Below, piece by piece: positions 61,514 through 64,000 of a stretch of 64,000 nt of DNA. The stretch is from an uncultured Methanosarcinaceae archaeon (GTDB lineage Archaea; Halobacteriota; Methanosarcinia; Methanosarcinales; Methanosarcinaceae). Below the pieces are notes generated by a model that made no database searches, was not told where the DNA came from, and saw nothing but the letters and a program-made list of their open reading frames with translations. Position numbers and translations under genes: made by a program. The DNA lies in the NCBI GenBank assembly GCA_963847185.1, contig CAWJYV010000007.1, positions 416,001-480,000 on the forward strand. Reading direction: 5' to 3'. Numbering within the stretch: position 1 is the first letter of the stretch; each line of letters opens with the position of its first letter.

Positions 61514-62653
61514 TTACTCAAGGACCTTCAGATACTTTTCCCTGAACTCCGGGTTCCTCATAAGGCAGCATTTTGCGTTGTATATGGTTTCCTCTCTGAT
61601 TTTTTTCCAGACATCCCTTACTTTATCTCTATGTACATTCCCATATGGAATAGGGATGCATGCACAGGGGAGGATATTCCCTTCAGGGGTGATATGTAGC
61701 CACTTACGGCCTGCCATACAGCCTGTAGCTTTCATAACCAGCGGGATAGGAAAAACTCTGGGCCCTTCTTTTCCCCTGACCTGGGATACGAAATTTTCAA
61801 ATTTTCTCATGTCTTTTGGGGTCATGATCTCGGAAGCATGTTCCATCCACCTGCCTGTAGGAACTATCTCGTAGAAAGATAGTTCGTTGACCCCAAGATC
61901 TGCTGCAAGAGCAAATAGTTCTTCAAGCTCGTCTACATTGTCTCTGGAAAGCACCACATAGATATTTACAAGCAGCCCTGCTTTAAGTCCGTTTTTGACC
62001 GCTTCTACTGCACTCTTAAAAACTCCTCTCCTGCCTCTTACATAATCATGCTTCTCTTCATGCGCGCTGTCAAAACTGACAGTCAAAGAATACAGTCCTG
62101 CTTCTTTCAGGTGAATTGCCCGCTCTTCAGTAAGTCCTACGCCAGAGGTGAACATGCCAGCAATGGCTTTTTCTGGGTCCACATATCTTATCAGATCTTC
62201 TAATCCAGAATAGGTCAGGGGTTCTCCTCCATCAAAAATTATAAAGGTCGCCCCCATTTCGAGAACCTGATCAATTGTAGATTTAACGACTTCCGGCGCA
62301 AGTCTTACCCGGTTTTTCGTGTCAGGGAGAGCACAGTGAATACAGTTATTCGGACATTCTTCAGTGATGGAGATTGTAACCTGATCTGGAACCATCCTCC
62401 CCAGAAAAGAGAGAAACTGGCTTTTAATCAGGCGGTCAAAACCTGAACTTGGAACTGGAGGCATCCAGGTTGAACAGATAAGCCTGTCTTCTTCTATTTT
62501 TGCAGGCTTTTCACCTTCAAAGATTGAGAGGTTTTTCGCAAGATTTTTCCTCAGGAGGATAGACGCAGCCCCGCTGGTTTTCATCCTCATATGTCCTTCT
62601 TCTATTTCTGCATAAACTCTGAGAAGGGGGGTTTTATAAAAATCGTACTGCAT
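61514..62653 (-). CDS. Radical SAM protein with SPASM/twitch domain
   Basis: CPNNCIHC, DGGEP, CMAG and PCAC. Likely start at ATG 62653. Confidence 0.9.
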   Translation of the reverse strand: MQYDFYKTPLLRVYAEIEEGHMRMKTSGAASILLRKNLAKNLSIFEGEKPAKIEEDRLICSTWMPPVPSSGFDRLIKSQFLSFLGRMVPDQVTISITEECPNNCIHCALPDTKNRVRLAPEVVKSTIDQVLEMGATFIIFDGGEPLTYSGLEDLIRYVDPEKAIAGMFTSGVGLTEERAIHLKEAGLYSLTVSFDSAHEEKHDYVRGRRGVFKSAVEAVKNGLKAGLLVNIYVVLSRDNVDELEELFALAADLGVNELSFYEIVPTGRWMEHASEIMTPKDMRKFENFVSQVRGKEGPRVFPIPLVMKATGCMAGRKWLHITPEGNILPCACIPIPYGNVHRDKVRDVWKKIREETIYNAKCCLMRNPEFREKYLKVLE

Positions 62654-62828
62654 ATTCTTTCCTGCACCAGTTTGATGCTGATGTTTGATCAATGTTTAAT
62701 GCTGAGGTTTATGATTTTTGAGTCTGAGATTTGTCTTATATTTGACATTGCTGTTCCTTTCTCAGCTCTTTTTTCTCAGTTTTTTGATTCGTTGTTTTTG
62801 ATTCATTATAATTGTTTCAAGTTCAGAT

Positions 62829-63987
62829 TCATTTATTCCTGAGAAATGCTCTGTACTTCAATATCGCAGAGGGTTTTTTCCTCAGTATAAATGCAAAGAC
62901 TTGCATTGCCTGCTCAATTGAACTTCCATGAATAAATGAGAGGTCTTCTTTCTCAAACACCGCCGCCATTTCGTCAATTTCGCGGTCTGTCATTTTTCTA
63001 AGCGTCTCAAGTCCTATGCGGCCTATGTAGTGTTCTGCCTTAAACTCCTTTTCCCAGCTCTTCCTATACTCTAAGAGAGCACTTTTTGAAACGTCTTCCT
63101 TTTTTACGGCATCTGCGGCTATATCTCCGCATATCTGGCCTGCTCTCATAGCATATCCTATTCCAGACTGCCCTGCTGCTCCTCCTACGATCATGACTCC
63201 ATCGGTTATGTACTCATTGGGGATTGTCACTATAGGGTCTCCGCCTGAAAGTTTCCGTACAACTTCAATTTCTTCTAGCCCTTTTAGCTTCTTGAACCTT
63301 TCAATCCAGGCGTTCAGGTAAGGTGTCGCATCTCTTCCGCATCTGCGCACATAGGCCCCGATTGCAGCATTATCTCCTCCTCTTGGGGCGTATGTAGTCT
63401 TCCATCCTGGGGCATGGTTTCCTACATAGTATTCAAACATTTTTGACTTTCCAAGGTCAGGAGCCCTGATGTCCAGTTCAACTCCCCAGGCAATATCTTC
63501 CGGGTGTTTCATTGTTTTTAGTCCCATAAGGGAAGCCATTTTTGAATTAATACCATCGGCGATTATAACGAGTTCTGACTTGAAATTCCCGGCAGACGTA
63601 TGGACAGTAAAATCTTTTCCCCTTTTTGAGGATATTATGAACTTCTGTTCCTGTTTGAATATTCACGCCGACTTTCTCTATTTTTTCTGCATAAAAACGG
63701 TCAAACTTTGTCTTGTCAATAGCGTATCCAGGTGTTTCAACTTCTACTATCCTTCCAGATGGAGAAATAATTTGCATACCTTTGAGATAATGCACCACAT
63801 ACGAGGGGTCTACTGTCTCTCCGCATTTATCGAGCATGCCCTTAAAAAAAGAATTTGCGGGATGGGGAGGATTTCCGATCTCTTTTTTTCTTTCCAGCAA
63901 AAGGACCGTAGAGCCTTTTTCACAGGCATTTCTCGCAGCCATCAGCCCTGCAGGAGATGCTCCGATTACAATAATATCTGCGTCCAT
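62829..63987 (-). CDS. Geranylgeranyl reductase-family flavoprotein, split by a +1 frameshift at about 63615-63622
   Basis: IGASPAG..LLER. The shifted frame continues DFTVHTSAG..VIIADGINSKMAS into ORF 62829-63539 (VGGAAG, GIGYAM). Confidence 0.88.
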
Positions 63988-64000
63988 TTTTCTCTACCTT

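Noticed and set aside
58485-61874. Long antisense ORFs over mtd, serB, the coiled-coil gene and the radical SAM gene
   Set aside because: Shadow ORFs of well-supported genes on the opposite strand

Overview
AT-rich archaeal chromosome segment, almost certainly Methanosarcina (mtd, mfnB, archaeal tRNA-Gln with an A1-U72 pair, DUF2111, GGGGGT-type SD motifs). It holds about 55 CDS. In order: a CHASE4/PAS histidine kinase cut by the window edge; housekeeping genes (msrB, dut, ADH synthase); a PIG-A-like GT4/deacetylase/flippase operon; an arsenic/redox island (acr3, arsP, thioredoxin, DsrEFH-like genes, two ArsR proteins) with five TCAA-N6-TTGA palindromes; an unexplained radical SAM-SPASM + EgtD-like methyltransferase + amidinotransferase operon beside two UbiA paralogs; a structured RNA candidate and tRNA-Gln followed by mobile-element debris; a gingipain-like C25 protease; a surface-glycan cluster; and methanogen core genes (mfnB, tmk, mtd, serB). 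Features not shown by the ORF track: an in-frame amber codon in a GNAT gene (possible pyrrolysine readthrough), several likely near-cognate start codons (ATT/ACG/CTG), four MITE-like families, and several single-base frameshifts that may be assembly errors. All calls come from motif recognition by eye; no searches were run.
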